In this document: positions 33,605-46,501 of the stretch, in pieces | How positions within the stretch are numbered: position 1 is the first letter of the stretch | How the letters are laid out: every line of letters begins with the position of its first letter | Source: Candidatus Lightella neohaematopini | GTDB lineage: Bacteria > Pseudomonadota > Gammaproteobacteria > Enterobacterales > Enterobacteriaceae | Reading direction: 5' to 3' | Assembly: GCA_025728385.1 (NCBI GenBank) | Contig: JAOBJV010000001.1 | Coordinates: 28,046-92,045, forward strand | Length of the DNA stretch: 64,000 nt | Translations under genes and position numbers: made by a program | The notes under the pieces: model-generated | The model's input: the letters and a program-made list of their open reading frames with translations, nothing else | Told to the model about the DNA's origin: nothing | Databases searched by the model: none

Positions 33605-33678
33605 GGTGCGGTAGTTCAGTTGGTTAGAACATCGGCCTGTCACGCCGGGGGTCACGGGTTCAAGTCCCGTCCGCACCG
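33605..33678 (+). tRNA. aspU: tRNA-Asp (anticodon GTC)
   Basis: ggtgcggtagttcagttggttagaacatcggcctgtcacgccgggggtcacgggttcaagtcccgtccgcaccg resembles E. coli tRNA-Asp. It starts only 10 nt after tRNA-Ala. No CCA is encoded. Confidence 0.95.
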
Positions 33679-33722
33679 TATTTATTTTTATTAAATTATT
33701 TAAAATAGATAAGAAATAGAAT

Positions 33723-33795
33723 AGGGATGTAGTTCAAATGGTAGAATATCAGTCTCCAAAACTGAATGCTAGGAGTTCGAATCTCCTCATCCCTG
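33723..33795 (+). tRNA. trpT: tRNA-Trp (anticodon CCA)
   Basis: agggatgtagttcaaatggtagaatatcagtctccaaaactgaatgctaggagttcgaatctcctcatccctg resembles E. coli tRNA-Trp. No 3' CCA is encoded. It ends 2 nt before the convergent gloB stop. Confidence 0.93.
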
Positions 33796-33797
33796 TT

Positions 33798-34565
33798 TTA
33801 AAAAATATCTTTTTTATTACGTAAAAATTTAAAATAATTAAAATTACTCATATTTTTGGGTAACTTAATAAATTTATTTTTGTAATAAAAACTGTTAGTG
33901 CACTGTATAAATGGATTAATTATTCTCTCTAAATATAAAGAAGTTGGCAAACTGGGTATTTTATTTAAAATCATGCGTTTAACTATTCTTTTGTAATATT
34001 TTATTATAAACATATTATCTAATAATGTTATATTATTAGTAATAATAAAATCTAAATTTTTTATAGTATATTCATGACTAGGAAATATTATAGTATTGCT
34101 TGGTAATTTATTAATTTTATTTAATGAGTTAAACATATTTTCTATAGAACTATCAAATATCTTACCACAGCCAGCAGAAAATAATGTATCACCACAAAAT
34201 AGCCATGGATAATGATAATATCCAACATGATATTTAGTATGACCAGGTAAGGATAATACAGTAAACTTATATTGTTGTAATATATTAATAATATTATTAT
34301 TTTCTACAGTATAACTATTAAGATAATCAGTTTCTTTTGGACCATATACTGGTACTTGATAAATATTTTTTAATATATGTACTCCAGAAGTATGATCATC
34401 GTGATTATGAGTAATTAAAATTGCCATTAAACGTAATTTATAAAATTTTAGAAATTTAGTAATTAATGGTTCATTATTAGGATCAATAATTAAACATTTA
34501 TCATCATTTAATATTAGCCAAATATAGTTATCAACTAAAGTACGTATTACTGTTACTTTTAACAT
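33798..34565 (-). CDS. gloB: hydroxyacylglutathione hydrolase (glyoxalase II)
   Basis: 255 aa metallo-beta-lactamase fold with THNHDDHTSG (HxHxDH), ...LPGHT... and a C-terminal HAGH domain. The gloB-rnhA-dnaQ neighbourhood matches E. coli. Confidence 0.92.
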   Translation of the reverse strand: MLKVTVIRTLVDNYIWLILNDDKCLIIDPNNEPLITKFLKFYKLRLMAILITHNHDDHTSGVHILKNIYQVPVYGPKETDYLNSYTVENNNIINILQQYKFTVLSLPGHTKYHVGYYHYPWLFCGDTLFSAGCGKIFDSSIENMFNSLNKINKLPSNTIIFPSHEYTIKNLDFIITNNITLLDNMFIIKYYKRIVKRMILNKIPSLPTSLYLERIINPFIQCTNSFYYKNKFIKLPKNMSNFNYFKFLRNKKDIF

Positions 34566-35038
34566 AAAACACTTTTTTCGTAATTAATATCTATTAAATA
34601 TGGTTTATAGTTAGCCATGTAGTAAGCTAATTTATCACAATAATTATTTTCATTACAAGTACTATGTCCTTTAATCCAAATCCATTGGATTAAACAACTA
34701 GATTGTAAAAAAAATAATTTTTGCCAAAGATCAATATTTTTTATAATTTTATTTTTACTATTATACCAATTATTAGCTTTCCATATATGTATCCATTTTG
34801 TTATACCTTGTTGTACATAAATACTATCAGTATATATAGTAATATTACTATTTAGATGTAATACTGATTGTAATGATATAATAATACTAGTTAATTCCAT
34901 ACGATTATTAGTTGTTAATCTATAACCACCACTAAGTATAATACTTTGATTTTTTAATTTAATTATAGCTCCATATCCACCTTTACCAGGGTTATTAATA
35001 CATGATCCATCAGTAAAAATATTAATATATTCTTGCAT
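34559..35038 (-). CDS. rnhA: ribonuclease HI
   Basis: 159 aa. IFTDGSC..NPG.GGYGAI, NNRMEL, TDS.YV, and KGH....NE..D. It is divergent from dnaQ as in E. coli. Confidence 0.95.
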   Translation of the reverse strand: MQEYINIFTDGSCINNPGKGGYGAIIKLKNQSIILSGGYRLTTNNRMELTSIIISLQSVLHLNSNITIYTDSIYVQQGITKWIHIWKANNWYNSKNKIIKNIDLWQKLFFLQSSCLIQWIWIKGHSTCNENNYCDKLAYYMANYKPYLIDINYEKSVLC

Positions 35039-35113
35039 TTTATAAAAAAATCTAATATAAACTTAAAATTTAATTTTAGTAAATTAATATGAAATATTAT
35101 ATATACTAAGAAT

Positions 35114-35818
35114 ATGATTAAACAAGTTTTTTTAGACATTGAAACTACTGGTATTAATAAAAAAGGAAATAATTTTTATTATGGACATAAAATTATTGAA
35201 ATTGGTGCTGTTAAGGTTATAAATAGACATATTACGAATAAATATTTTCATGTATATTTGAATCCATGTAGATCTATAGATCAAGAAGCTTTTTCTATAC
35301 ATGGTATTAATATTAGTGAACTAGTTAATAAACCTAAGTTTTTAGAGATAGCAGATCAATTAATATCGTTTATTCAACACAGTGATTTAATTATACATAA
35401 TGCTAATTTTGATGTTAGTTTTATTAATTATGAATTAAGTATGATAAATCATAATGTTAAAAATATTAGCAATATTTGTAATGTCATTGATAGTTTAAAA
35501 ATTGCTCGTACTTTATTTCCTGGTAAGAAAAATAGTATTGATGCATTGTGCGATAGATATTGTGTGAGTAAAAATATTAGAATATTACATGGTGCTTTAT
35601 TAGATGCAAAAATATTAGCTAATATTTTTTTACGTATGACTAGTAGTCAAAATACTATACATTTTGATTTTACAAATAAAGATAAAATATATAAATCATA
35701 CAAAATAAATAATAAAAAATTAAGAATACTTTATGCTAATAAAGAAGAACAAACTTTACATGAACAACAATTAGATTTAATACAAAAAAATGGTTATTGT
35801 TTATGGAGAAATAAATAA
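35114..35818 (+). CDS. dnaQ: DNA polymerase III epsilon subunit (3'-5' proofreading exonuclease)
   Basis: Exo I VFLDIETTG, Exo II IIHNANFDVSFIN, and Exo III HGALLDAKILANIF. Confidence 0.95.
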   Translation: MIKQVFLDIETTGINKKGNNFYYGHKIIEIGAVKVINRHITNKYFHVYLNPCRSIDQEAFSIHGINISELVNKPKFLEIADQLISFIQHSDLIIHNANFDVSFINYELSMINHNVKNISNICNVIDSLKIARTLFPGKKNSIDALCDRYCVSKNIRILHGALLDAKILANIFLRMTSSQNTIHFDFTNKDKIYKSYKINNKKLRILYANKEEQTLHEQQLDLIQKNGYCLWRNK

Positions 35819-35849
35819 AAAATTTATTTTTTTAAAAATCTATAAAAAT

Positions 35850-36426
35850 ATGAAATATAATAGTTTGATTACAGATGAATTTAATAAGTCAATAGAAATT
35901 ACTAAATCTTTTATCAAAGATAAAAATTATTTAAATTTAATAGAATCTGCAGCAAATATGATAGTTTATGCTTTTAAGAATGGAAATAAAGTACTATCTT
36001 GCGGTAATGGTGGATCTCATTGTGATGCTATGCACTTTGCTGGAGAATTAGTTGGTCGTTATAGAAAAAATAGATTAGGATTACCCAGTAATAGTTATTT
36101 CTGATCCTAGTTATTTATCTTGTGTTAGTAATGATTTTGGTTATTATCAAGTATTTTCACGTTACGTACAAGCAGTAGGTAACAAAAATGATATTTTATT
36201 TTGTTTATCTACGTCAGGTAGTTCAATAAATATTATTAATGCAATGCATGTTGCGAAAAGTAAGAATATGAAAATTATATTACTTACTGGTAAGATAAAT
36301 AATTTAGTTAGTAATATTGCTGATATAATAATATCAGTTCCTCATAATGGTTATGCTGATCGTATTCAAGAAATGCATATAAAAATAATTCATATTTTAG
36401 TACAAATTATAGAAAATGAATTATAA
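35850..36426 (+). pseudogene. gmhA: phosphoheptose isomerase GmhA interrupted by a 1-nt frameshift (two ORF-track pieces, 35790..36104 and 36244..36426)
   Basis: The first frame runs from ATG 35850: MKYNSLITDEF...[33 protein letters not shown]. Homology then continues in the +1 frame from 36088: [69 protein letters not shown]...[25 protein letters not shown]. Skipping a36087 restores a 191-aa protein collinear with E. coli GmhA (...YPAIAISD... equivalent). The in-frame stop is at 36102. Confidence 0.85.
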
Positions 36427-36463
36427 TTATAATAATTTTGAAATTTTAAGCTAATTTCTTATT

Positions 36464-36922
36464 ATGAAAAGAAAATATGTTGTTACTTGGGATATGTTAC
36501 AAATGTATACTAGAGTAGCTGCTAAAGGTCTTTTATCCACTAAATGGAAAGGTATTATTGCTATTAGTCGTGGTGGTTTAGTACCTAGTGCTTTACTAGC
36601 AAGAGAACTAGATATTCGTTATGTTGATACATTTTGTGTAGCTAGTTATTATTATGGTTATCAACATAATACTAATATAATTAAATATACGCATAATCAT
36701 AATAATGGTGAAGGATTTATTATTGTAGATGATCTAACAGATACTGGTAACACCGCAAAACTTATAAAAAAGATATATCATAAAGCATATTTAGTAACTA
36801 TCTTTGCAAAACCATTAGGGCGTAGTTTTGTTGATAAATATATTATAGATATACCACAAAATACATGGATAGAACAACCATGGGATACTGGAATAACTTT
36901 TATTCCACCAATAAAAAAATAA
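36464..36922 (+). CDS. gpt: xanthine-guanine phosphoribosyltransferase
   Basis: 152 aa. [45 protein letters not shown], and [13 protein letters not shown] are near-identical to E. coli Gpt. Confidence 0.96.
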   Translation: MKRKYVVTWDMLQMYTRVAAKGLLSTKWKGIIAISRGGLVPSALLARELDIRYVDTFCVASYYYGYQHNTNIIKYTHNHNNGEGFIIVDDLTDTGNTAKLIKKIYHKAYLVTIFAKPLGRSFVDKYIIDIPQNTWIEQPWDTGITFIPPIKK

Positions 36923-36932
36923 ATTTTTAAAA

Positions 36933-37008
36933 TACCGATAATAGGACTCGAACCTATAACTTTTGTATTACGAATACACTGCTTTTCCAGATTTTAAGCT
37001 ATATCGGC
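36933..37008 (-). tRNA. thrW: tRNA-Thr (anticodon CGT)
   Basis: The reverse complement is gccgatatagcttaaaatctggaaaagcagtgtattcgtaatacaaaagttataggttcgagtcctattatcggta. The acceptor, anticodon and T arms match E. coli thrW. There is a G1:U72 wobble. No CCA is encoded. It starts 5 nt downstream of the atpC stop on the same strand. Confidence 0.88.
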
Positions 37009-37013
37009 AAAAT

Positions 37014-37454
37014 TTAATATGTTTTATTATTTAATTTAAATAATTTACTAGCTTTAATTGCCTGTAATTTAGCTAAAGTTTTAGCTAGTTCTAATGATAA
37101 TTTTATTTGTTGATTCATATTAGTATGTTTTTTTAATAAAGATTCTATCTTAATTTTATTTTTAATAATTTCTTTTTCATTTAAATTATTAACATTATTA
37201 ATTATCGAATCAGTAAGAATTGATACATTATTTGATTGCACTTCTAGTATACTCTCAGATAAATATATACATTTATTATTAAATTTATTACTACTAATAC
37301 AAATTATTCCAGGTTTAGTTATTGTGATTAATGGAGCATGTCTAGCTAAAATAGTAAGTTCTCCATCAACACTATTAATTATAACCTTATATACCATATT
37401 AGAAAATATCAGATTTTCTATACTAACAATAGTAAGTTGAAAACTAGTATACAT
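37014..37454 (-). CDS. atpC: F1 ATP synthase epsilon subunit
   Basis: 146 aa. It is the last gene of the atp operon, with an N-terminal beta-sandwich (LTIVS....F.......V.....GELTILARHAPL) and a C-terminal helical hairpin. Confidence 0.9.
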   Translation of the reverse strand: MYTSFQLTIVSIENLIFSNMVYKVIINSVDGELTILARHAPLITITKPGIICISSNKFNNKCIYLSESILEVQSNNVSILTDSIINNVNNLNEKEIIKNKIKIESLLKKHTNMNQQIKLSLELAKTLAKLQAIKASKLFKLNNKTY

Positions 37455-37470
37455 AAAATTATTATACGTC

Positions 37471-38862
<1,392 letters not shown>

Positions 38863-38866
38863 CTAA

Positions 38867-39730
38867 TTAAATATTACCAGATATAATTTCATTTAATTCT
38901 TGTGTAATATTATTTTGTCTAGTTTGATTGTAAATAAATTCAAGTTCTTTAGTTAAATTATCACAATTATTTTTAGCTAATTGCATAGTTACCATACGAG
39001 ATGCTTGTTCACTTGTTAAATTATTTAATAACCCTAAATATATGCTTGATTCAATATAACAATATATTAATTTATCTAAAATATTAATAATATCTGACTC
39101 ATATATATAACAATTACCTATTTTTGTTTTATCCGTGCCAATAAATGGAATAATTCTAATTATTTCTGGTACTTGATTTAAAACATTAATAAATTTATTA
39201 CTTGCTAAATAACAAGCATCTATTATGTTACTATTATATAATGATATTATATTTTTTACCACCTGATTAATTTTTATTATTCTAAATTCTTCAGGTAATA
39301 AACTATCATTTAAATTGTTTATTTTAGCTAAAATCTTTATATTAAAATTAGAGAAAAAATTTATAGCTTTGGTACCAATTAATATTAATGTAACATCTTT
39401 TCCTAATTTAATATGCTTATCAATATTAAGTAACACTTTCCTAAAAAGATTAATATTTAATGTGCCAACCAATCCTTTTTCTGTAGAAATAATTAAATAA
39501 ATAACCTTATTATAATTATAATTACTCATTATTTTTGGTTTATAATCTAAATTACTAGATAATAAATTATTCATAATACTTTTTATATTAATTAAATATT
39601 TACTAACAGGTAATATCTTTACTTTAACTTTATTCATTTTAGTAAACGCTATCATATCCATAGCACTAGTAATTTTTTTAGTATTTTTGATACTATTTAT
39701 CTTATTTTTAATTTCTTTAATATTAAACAT
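38867..39730 (-). CDS. atpG: F1 ATP synthase gamma subunit
   Basis: 287 aa. IK.KI.SI.NT.KIT.AM N-terminal helix and a C-terminal ...NQTRQNNITQELNEIISG helix. Confidence 0.92.
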   Translation of the reverse strand: MFNIKEIKNKINSIKNTKKITSAMDMIAFTKMNKVKVKILPVSKYLINIKSIMNNLLSSNLDYKPKIMSNYNYNKVIYLIISTEKGLVGTLNINLFRKVLLNIDKHIKLGKDVTLILIGTKAINFFSNFNIKILAKINNLNDSLLPEEFRIIKINQVVKNIISLYNSNIIDACYLASNKFINVLNQVPEIIRIIPFIGTDKTKIGNCYIYESDIINILDKLIYCYIESSIYLGLLNNLTSEQASRMVTMQLAKNNCDNLTKELEFIYNQTRQNNITQELNEIISGNI

Positions 39731-39745
39731 ATTAATTTAGTTAAA

Positions 39746-41287
39746 TTATTTGTAATAATTATTTTTAAAGTTATTTATAATATCATGTAATTTATTTTTT
39801 ACCTTATCATTATATACTAAATTAGTATTAATATGTTCTATAAAATCATAATGATAATTATTAAAATAAGTTAATAACTTATGTTCAAAATTAGATATAT
39901 TTTTTACTAAAATATCATCCAAGTATTTGTATTCTACTAAAAATAATATAATAGCTTGCTGAGCTATAGAATACGGATTATTCTGTGATTGTTTTAATAA
40001 TTCAGTAATGTTTTGTCCTTCTTTTATTTGTGATCGAGTACTACTATCTAAATCTGAAGAAAATTGAGAAAATGCTACAAGTTCACGGTATTGTGCTAGT
40101 TTATTTCTTATTCCTTTTGATAAAAATTTTATTATGTTAGTTTGAGCAGCACCACCAACTCTAGAAACAGAAATTCCTGGATTTATAGCAGGTCTGATTC
40201 CAGCATTAAATAAATTAGATTCTAAAAATATTTGCCCATCAGTAATAGAAATTAAATTAGTTGGAATAAATGATGATACATCACCTACTTGAGTTTCAAT
40301 AATTGGCAATGCAGTAAGAGAACCTGTTTTATTTTTAATCTTACCATTAGTAAATGTTTCTACATAATTAATATTTACGCGCGCAGATCTTTCTAGTAAA
40401 CGAGCATGTAAATAAAATATATCTCCAGGATAAGCTTCACGACCAGGTGGTCTCCTTAATAATAACGAAATTTGGCGATAAGCAATAGCTTGTTTTGATA
40501 AATCATCATATACAATTAATGCATTTTCACCAATATTACGAAAATACTCACCCATAGTACAACCAGCATACGGAGCTAAATACTGTAATATTGCTGGTTC
40601 TGATGCATTAGCAACTACTATAATAGTATTATCTAATACATGATACTTTTTTAATATATTAACTATATTTACTACAGTAGAAGCTTTTTGACCAATAGCT
40701 ACATATATACATTTAATACCACTATTTTTTTGATTAATAATAGTATCAATAGCTAAAGTTGTCTTACCAGTTTGTCTATCACCAATAATTAATTCTCTTT
40801 GTCCCTGACCAATAGGAATCATAGCATCAATAGCTTTATATCCAGTAAGCATTGGTTCACTTACAGATACACGATCAATTACCCCAGGAGCAGGAGATTC
40901 TACGTTACTAAGATATTCGTATTCTAATTTACCAGCATTATCTATTGGTACACCTAATGCATTAATAACTCTACCTAATAATTTTCTACCTACAGGTACT
41001 TGTATAACTTTACCTGTTGTTTTGACTTTCATACCTTCTGAAATATCTAAGTAAGAACCCATTACAACAGCACTAACAAATTCTCTTTCTAAATTTAATA
41101 CAATAGCAGAACTACCATTAGATAAAATAACTACTTCATTTAACATGACGTGATCAAGACCATAAATACGAATAATACCGTCAGCAACATATATAATAAT
41201 TCCTTCGTCATATGTATTTATACTTAAATTAAATTGATCAATACGTTGTCTTATTAGTGTACTGATTTCCATACTATTAAAATGCAT
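39746..41287 (-). CDS. atpA: F1 ATP synthase alpha subunit
   Basis: 513 aa. Walker [10 protein letters not shown], ...[26 protein letters not shown].... Confidence 0.98.
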   Translation of the reverse strand: MHFNSMEISTLIRQRIDQFNLSINTYDEGIIIYVADGIIRIYGLDHVMLNEVVILSNGSSAIVLNLEREFVSAVVMGSYLDISEGMKVKTTGKVIQVPVGRKLLGRVINALGVPIDNAGKLEYEYLSNVESPAPGVIDRVSVSEPMLTGYKAIDAMIPIGQGQRELIIGDRQTGKTTLAIDTIINQKNSGIKCIYVAIGQKASTVVNIVNILKKYHVLDNTIIVVANASEPAILQYLAPYAGCTMGEYFRNIGENALIVYDDLSKQAIAYRQISLLLRRPPGREAYPGDIFYLHARLLERSARVNINYVETFTNGKIKNKTGSLTALPIIETQVGDVSSFIPTNLISITDGQIFLESNLFNAGIRPAINPGISVSRVGGAAQTNIIKFLSKGIRNKLAQYRELVAFSQFSSDLDSSTRSQIKEGQNITELLKQSQNNPYSIAQQAIILFLVEYKYLDDILVKNISNFEHKLLTYFNNYHYDFIEHINTNLVYNDKVKNKLHDIINNFKNNYYK

Positions 41288-41296
41288 TTTTAATCC

Positions 41297-41851
41297 TTAA
41301 TTTTTTAAAAAATTTTTTAATTGATTTAAATGATTTAATATACTGCCATCAAAAACAGTATTATTAATACGTAAAATAATCCCTCCAATAATACTAGAAT
41401 CAGTAATATTATTTAACTTAACTTTATATGTTTTATCAGATAATATAGATAATATCTTATTACTAAGATTACCTTTTTGTTGTGTACTAAGTTTTTTAAT
41501 AGAAATAATATTAATAATAATTGATTTTGAATTTTTATTTTTCAAATATTTAAAATAAAATAATATACTAGGTAGAATATTAAATCGTTTATTTTTAGAT
41601 ATTAAAAGTAGGAATGATTTACTCTGTGAATTAAGTATATTAGTACATACACTTATTATAATATTAATTATCTGATTATACAAAATCGGATGAATAATTA
41701 GTTTATATATTGAATTAGTATTAACTAATTTTACCAAAAATTCTAATATGTTTTGCCAATAAGATATCATGTTATTTTCTATTGCTATATCAATAATTAC
41801 TTGTGCATATTTTTTAGCTACTAAACAATGATATTGATTTTTATTTTTCAT
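41297..41851 (-). CDS. atpH: F1 ATP synthase delta subunit (OSCP)
   Basis: 184 aa. The call rests on its position between atpF and atpA. The C-terminal ...DSSIIGGIILRINNTVFDGSI motif is present. Confidence 0.88.
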   Translation of the reverse strand: MKNKNQYHCLVAKKYAQVIIDIAIENNMISYWQNILEFLVKLVNTNSIYKLIIHPILYNQIINIIISVCTNILNSQSKSFLLLISKNKRFNILPSILFYFKYLKNKNSKSIIINIISIKKLSTQQKGNLSNKILSILSDKTYKVKLNNITDSSIIGGIILRINNTVFDGSILNHLNQLKNFLKN

Positions 41852-41855
41852 ATAT

Positions 41856-42335
41856 TTATAATTTTATTTTATTTATTATTTCATTAATTATTACATCATC
41901 AATTTTACAATCATTAATGTAATGACTGATTACTTTTTTTGTACTAGTTAATATTAGAGAATTAATTTGCTCATAGAGCAATTGTCTTACTTGATTATAA
42001 TTATTGTTAATTTTAACATCTGCTTGTGAGATAATATATTTATATTCTTTATCAGCTAGTATTTTAGCATCATTAATAATTTTTTCTTCATGTTTATGAG
42101 CTAATTTAATAATGTTTTCAGCTTCTAATCTAGCATTTAATATAGTATCTGCTGCTATTTTTTTTGATTTAGCAACTTCTAATTTAGCTTGTTTAGCAAA
42201 ATCTAAACCATCATTAATTTCTTTTTGTCTAGTTTCAATAATATTTATTAACGGTGGCCATATGTATTTCATACAAAATATAACAAAAATAACAAATGCC
42301 ACAGTCTGTCCTATTATAGTAGCATTAATATTCAA
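41856..42335 (-). CDS. atpF: F0 ATP synthase b subunit
   Basis: 159 aa. [29 protein letters not shown] has one TM helix, followed by a long charged helix. Confidence 0.92.
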   Translation of the reverse strand: MNINATIIGQTVAFVIFVIFCMKYIWPPLINIIETRQKEINDGLDFAKQAKLEVAKSKKIAADTILNARLEAENIIKLAHKHEEKIINDAKILADKEYKYIISQADVKINNNYNQVRQLLYEQINSLILTSTKKVISHYINDCKIDDVIINEIINKIKL

Positions 42336-42373
42336 GATTATTACTCCTCTAAAATAATAATATAAAATAGTTA

Positions 42374-42628
<255 letters not shown>

Positions 42629-42641
42629 TTAATATAGAAAT

Positions 42642-43505
<864 letters not shown>

Positions 43506-43598
43506 TTATATTAAATTAATATTTCAATATTAATAAATATCTTAAATATTAAACGTTATTTATTATATAATAAACTAATATACAAAAGTATTATATAT

Positions 43599-45470
43599 TT
43601 AGATTTTTTTTAATTTTCTTAACCAGACTATTAATATAGTAATTGCTGTATGGGTAACTCCAGAAATTAATAATGCTTCTCTAATAGATTTAGGTTTATA
43701 AAAATTTAATTTATTAATTACTTCAGTGGATAATCCATGTATATGATTAAAATTAATATCTTTTGGTATTAATATATTATTATATTTAGTTTGTTGATTT
43801 ATTAATAATTTTTGTTTGTTAATATAACCTTGATATTTAACTTGTATTTCTATTTGTTTAATGATTTCTTTATCTAATAACATAGATTTAAAAAATTTTA
43901 ACTTTAATAATTTATCACAATTAACTTCAGATCTACGTAAAATTTCTTCTACATTTATAGGATTAGATATTGGTTGTAATAATATCTTATTAAGATCTTT
44001 TGCTAAAAAACTATTAGGAACTATATTTATATTACGTAATTTTTGACGAGTAATTTCTATATTTTCTATTTTATTACAAAATTGTTGCCATCGTTCATTT
44101 GTTACTATACCTAATTTTCTTCCTACTTCTGTTAGACGAATATCAGCATTGTCTTCTCTTAAAGAAAGACGATACTCAGCTCTAGCTGTTAACATACGGT
44201 ATGGTTCTGTAGTACCAAGAAAACATAAATCACTTAATAATACACCAATATATGCTTGATGTCTTTCTGGAAACCAACCACTTAAATTTTTAGTAAATCT
44301 AGCAGCATTTAATCCAGCAATTAATCCTTGTGCAGCAGCTTCTTCATAACCAGTAGTACCATTAATTTGTCCAGCTATAAACAAACCGGAAATAAATTTA
44401 CTCTCTAATGTAAATTTTAAATTTCTAGAATCAAAAAAATCATACTCAACAGCATATCCAGGTCTACTAATATTAGCATTTTCTAATCCACTAATAGAAC
44501 GAATTAATTGAATTTGTATATTAATTGGTAAGCTAGTAGATATACCATTAGGATATACTTCTCTGCTATTTAATCCTTCTGGTTCTAAAAATATATGGTG
44601 TATATCTTTGTCTTTAAATCTTACTATTTTATCTTCAATAGATGGACAATATCTAGGGCCAACACTATTAATGTTACCATTATAAATAGGACTATGATGT
44701 AAATTATTTAAGATAATATTTTTAGTATTTATATTAGTATAAGTACAGTAACATGGTAATTGTTTAGGATGTTGTTTAACATCACCAATATAAGAAAATA
44801 CAGGTAATGGATCATCACTATACTGCGCAGTTAAATTATTAAAATTTATACTATCTAATGTAATTCTAGGAGGGGTACCAGTTTTTAATCTGCCAGCATA
44901 AGGTAATATGTTACGTAAATATTGTGCAAAACTATTATCTATTTGTTCATTATATCGACCTGCACTATAATTATAATCTCCAATATGAATTATACCATTT
45001 AAAAAAGTACCAAGTGCTAATATTACCGTTTTGCCATAGATATTATCTAAATTAGTACGTACGCCAATAATATTATTATTTTTAATAATTAATTTTTTTA
45101 CAGTTTGTTGTGATATAACTAGATAGTTTTGTTTTTTTAAAGTATTAATTACTACCTTCTTATATAAATTACGATCTACTTGAGCTCTAGTAGCTTGAAC
45201 AGCAGGTCCTTTACTACGATTTAAAATTCTAAACTGAATACCAGATAAATCTGCAGCTCTAGCCATAATTCCATCTAAAGCATCTATTTCTTTTACTAAA
45301 TGACTTTTTCCTACTCCACCTATTGATGGATTACATGATAGAGATCCTATTTTATTTACATTACTAGTTAATAAAATTGTTTTACATAATAAACGTGATG
45401 CAACCAACGCAGCTTCTATTCCTGCATTACCCCCACCAACTACAATTACATCAAATTTTAGATATTTCAT
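43599..45470 (-). CDS. mnmG: tRNA uridine 5-carboxymethylaminomethyl modification enzyme MnmG (GidA)
   Basis: 623 aa. FAD fold [15 protein letters not shown], ...[11 protein letters not shown]..., and ...[12 protein letters not shown].... Confidence 0.97.
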   Translation of the reverse strand: MKYLKFDVIVVGGGNAGIEAALVASRLLCKTILLTSNVNKIGSLSCNPSIGGVGKSHLVKEIDALDGIMARAADLSGIQFRILNRSKGPAVQATRAQVDRNLYKKVVINTLKKQNYLVISQQTVKKLIIKNNNIIGVRTNLDNIYGKTVILALGTFLNGIIHIGDYNYSAGRYNEQIDNSFAQYLRNILPYAGRLKTGTPPRITLDSINFNNLTAQYSDDPLPVFSYIGDVKQHPKQLPCYCTYTNINTKNIILNNLHHSPIYNGNINSVGPRYCPSIEDKIVRFKDKDIHHIFLEPEGLNSREVYPNGISTSLPINIQIQLIRSISGLENANISRPGYAVEYDFFDSRNLKFTLESKFISGLFIAGQINGTTGYEEAAAQGLIAGLNAARFTKNLSGWFPERHQAYIGVLLSDLCFLGTTEPYRMLTARAEYRLSLREDNADIRLTEVGRKLGIVTNERWQQFCNKIENIEITRQKLRNINIVPNSFLAKDLNKILLQPISNPINVEEILRRSEVNCDKLLKLKFFKSMLLDKEIIKQIEIQVKYQGYINKQKLLINQQTKYNNILIPKDINFNHIHGLSTEVINKLNFYKPKSIREALLISGVTHTAITILIVWLRKLKKI

Positions 45471-45635
45471 TTTTAAATAAAAATATTAGTTATATCTAAA
45501 TATAATATATATAATAAATTAATAATAATATTAGTTACTAGATATAGTAAAAATATTATTATAATACAATTAGTTTATATTAAACTAGTAATTAAATAAT
45601 ATAAATTATAATTAATTTTTAAATTAAAATATAAA

Positions 45636-46484
45636 ATGAATAATAGTAAATCAATTTTATATATAGTACCAACACCAATAGGTAACTTACTAGATATAAC
45701 TAATAGAGCTATTTATACATTAAATAATGTTGATTATATTATTACTGAAAATATTAAACGTACATGTTTTTTATTAAATCATTTTTCTATTAAAAAACGT
45801 CATTTATATTTATTAAATCAATATAACGAATACAAACAAATTAACTATTTACTTACCGTATTAAAAAAAAATAAAACTATGGCACTTGTATCTAATGCAG
45901 GTACTCCGTTAATTAGTGATCCAGGATACAAATTGGTGTACGAATGTAAAAAACTAAATATAAATGTTATTCCATTACCTGGACCATGCGCAGCTATTAC
46001 CGCATTATCAGCATCTGGATTACCAACAAATAAATTTTGTTACGAAGGTTTTTTATCGTCAAAACGAAAAAAAAGAATAAAACAATTAAAATTACTATTA
46101 TATGAACCACGTACTATTATAGTATATGAATCTACTCATAGGATAATAGAATTATTAGAAGATATAATACAAGTTTTTAATGATAATCGTTATATAGTAT
46201 TAGCAAAAGAATTAACTAAAATATGGGAAAATATTTATGGAGCTCCTGTAAATAAATTAATTCACTATATAAAAAATAATAATCTAAATATAAAAGGAGA
46301 AATAACCTTAATTATTCAAGGATATTCAGGACCAAAAAATATAAATTATAAAAAAGCTTTAGAAATTTTTATAAAACTCAAAAAACTATTACCCTTAAAT
46401 ATATCATTATCTATAGTTAAATCAATATTTAAAATAAAAAGAAATACTTTATATAAAAATTTTATTAATCTTAATAAGAAATAA
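45636..46484 (+). CDS. rsmI: 16S rRNA (cytidine1402-2'-O)-methyltransferase RsmI
   Basis: 282 aa. LYIVPTPIGNL.DIT.RA, GTPLISDPGYKLV, and PLPGPCAAITALSASGLPTNKFCYEGFL are collinear with E. coli RsmI (YraL). Confidence 0.93.
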   Translation: MNNSKSILYIVPTPIGNLLDITNRAIYTLNNVDYIITENIKRTCFLLNHFSIKKRHLYLLNQYNEYKQINYLLTVLKKNKTMALVSNAGTPLISDPGYKLVYECKKLNINVIPLPGPCAAITALSASGLPTNKFCYEGFLSSKRKKRIKQLKLLLYEPRTIIVYESTHRIIELLEDIIQVFNDNRYIVLAKELTKIWENIYGAPVNKLIHYIKNNNLNIKGEITLIIQGYSGPKNINYKKALEIFIKLKKLLPLNISLSIVKSIFKIKRNTLYKNFINLNKK

Positions 46485-46501
46485 ATAATTATGTTAGAAT
46501 A

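Noticed and set aside
35790-35849. ORF-track start of the first gmhA piece overlapping the end of dnaQ; similar N-terminal extensions for apt, recR, htpG, rpsB, lpxA, rpoD and rpsU
   Set aside because: Alignment to the well-known N-termini of these families places the real starts at internal ATGs. The extensions are hydrophobic or low-complexity and overlap upstream genes or promoters.
36105-36243. Apparent intergenic gap between two small ORFs
   Set aside because: It is not intergenic. In the +1 frame it encodes the conserved middle of GmhA ([27 protein letters not shown]...STSGSS), so the two ORFs are halves of one frameshifted gene.
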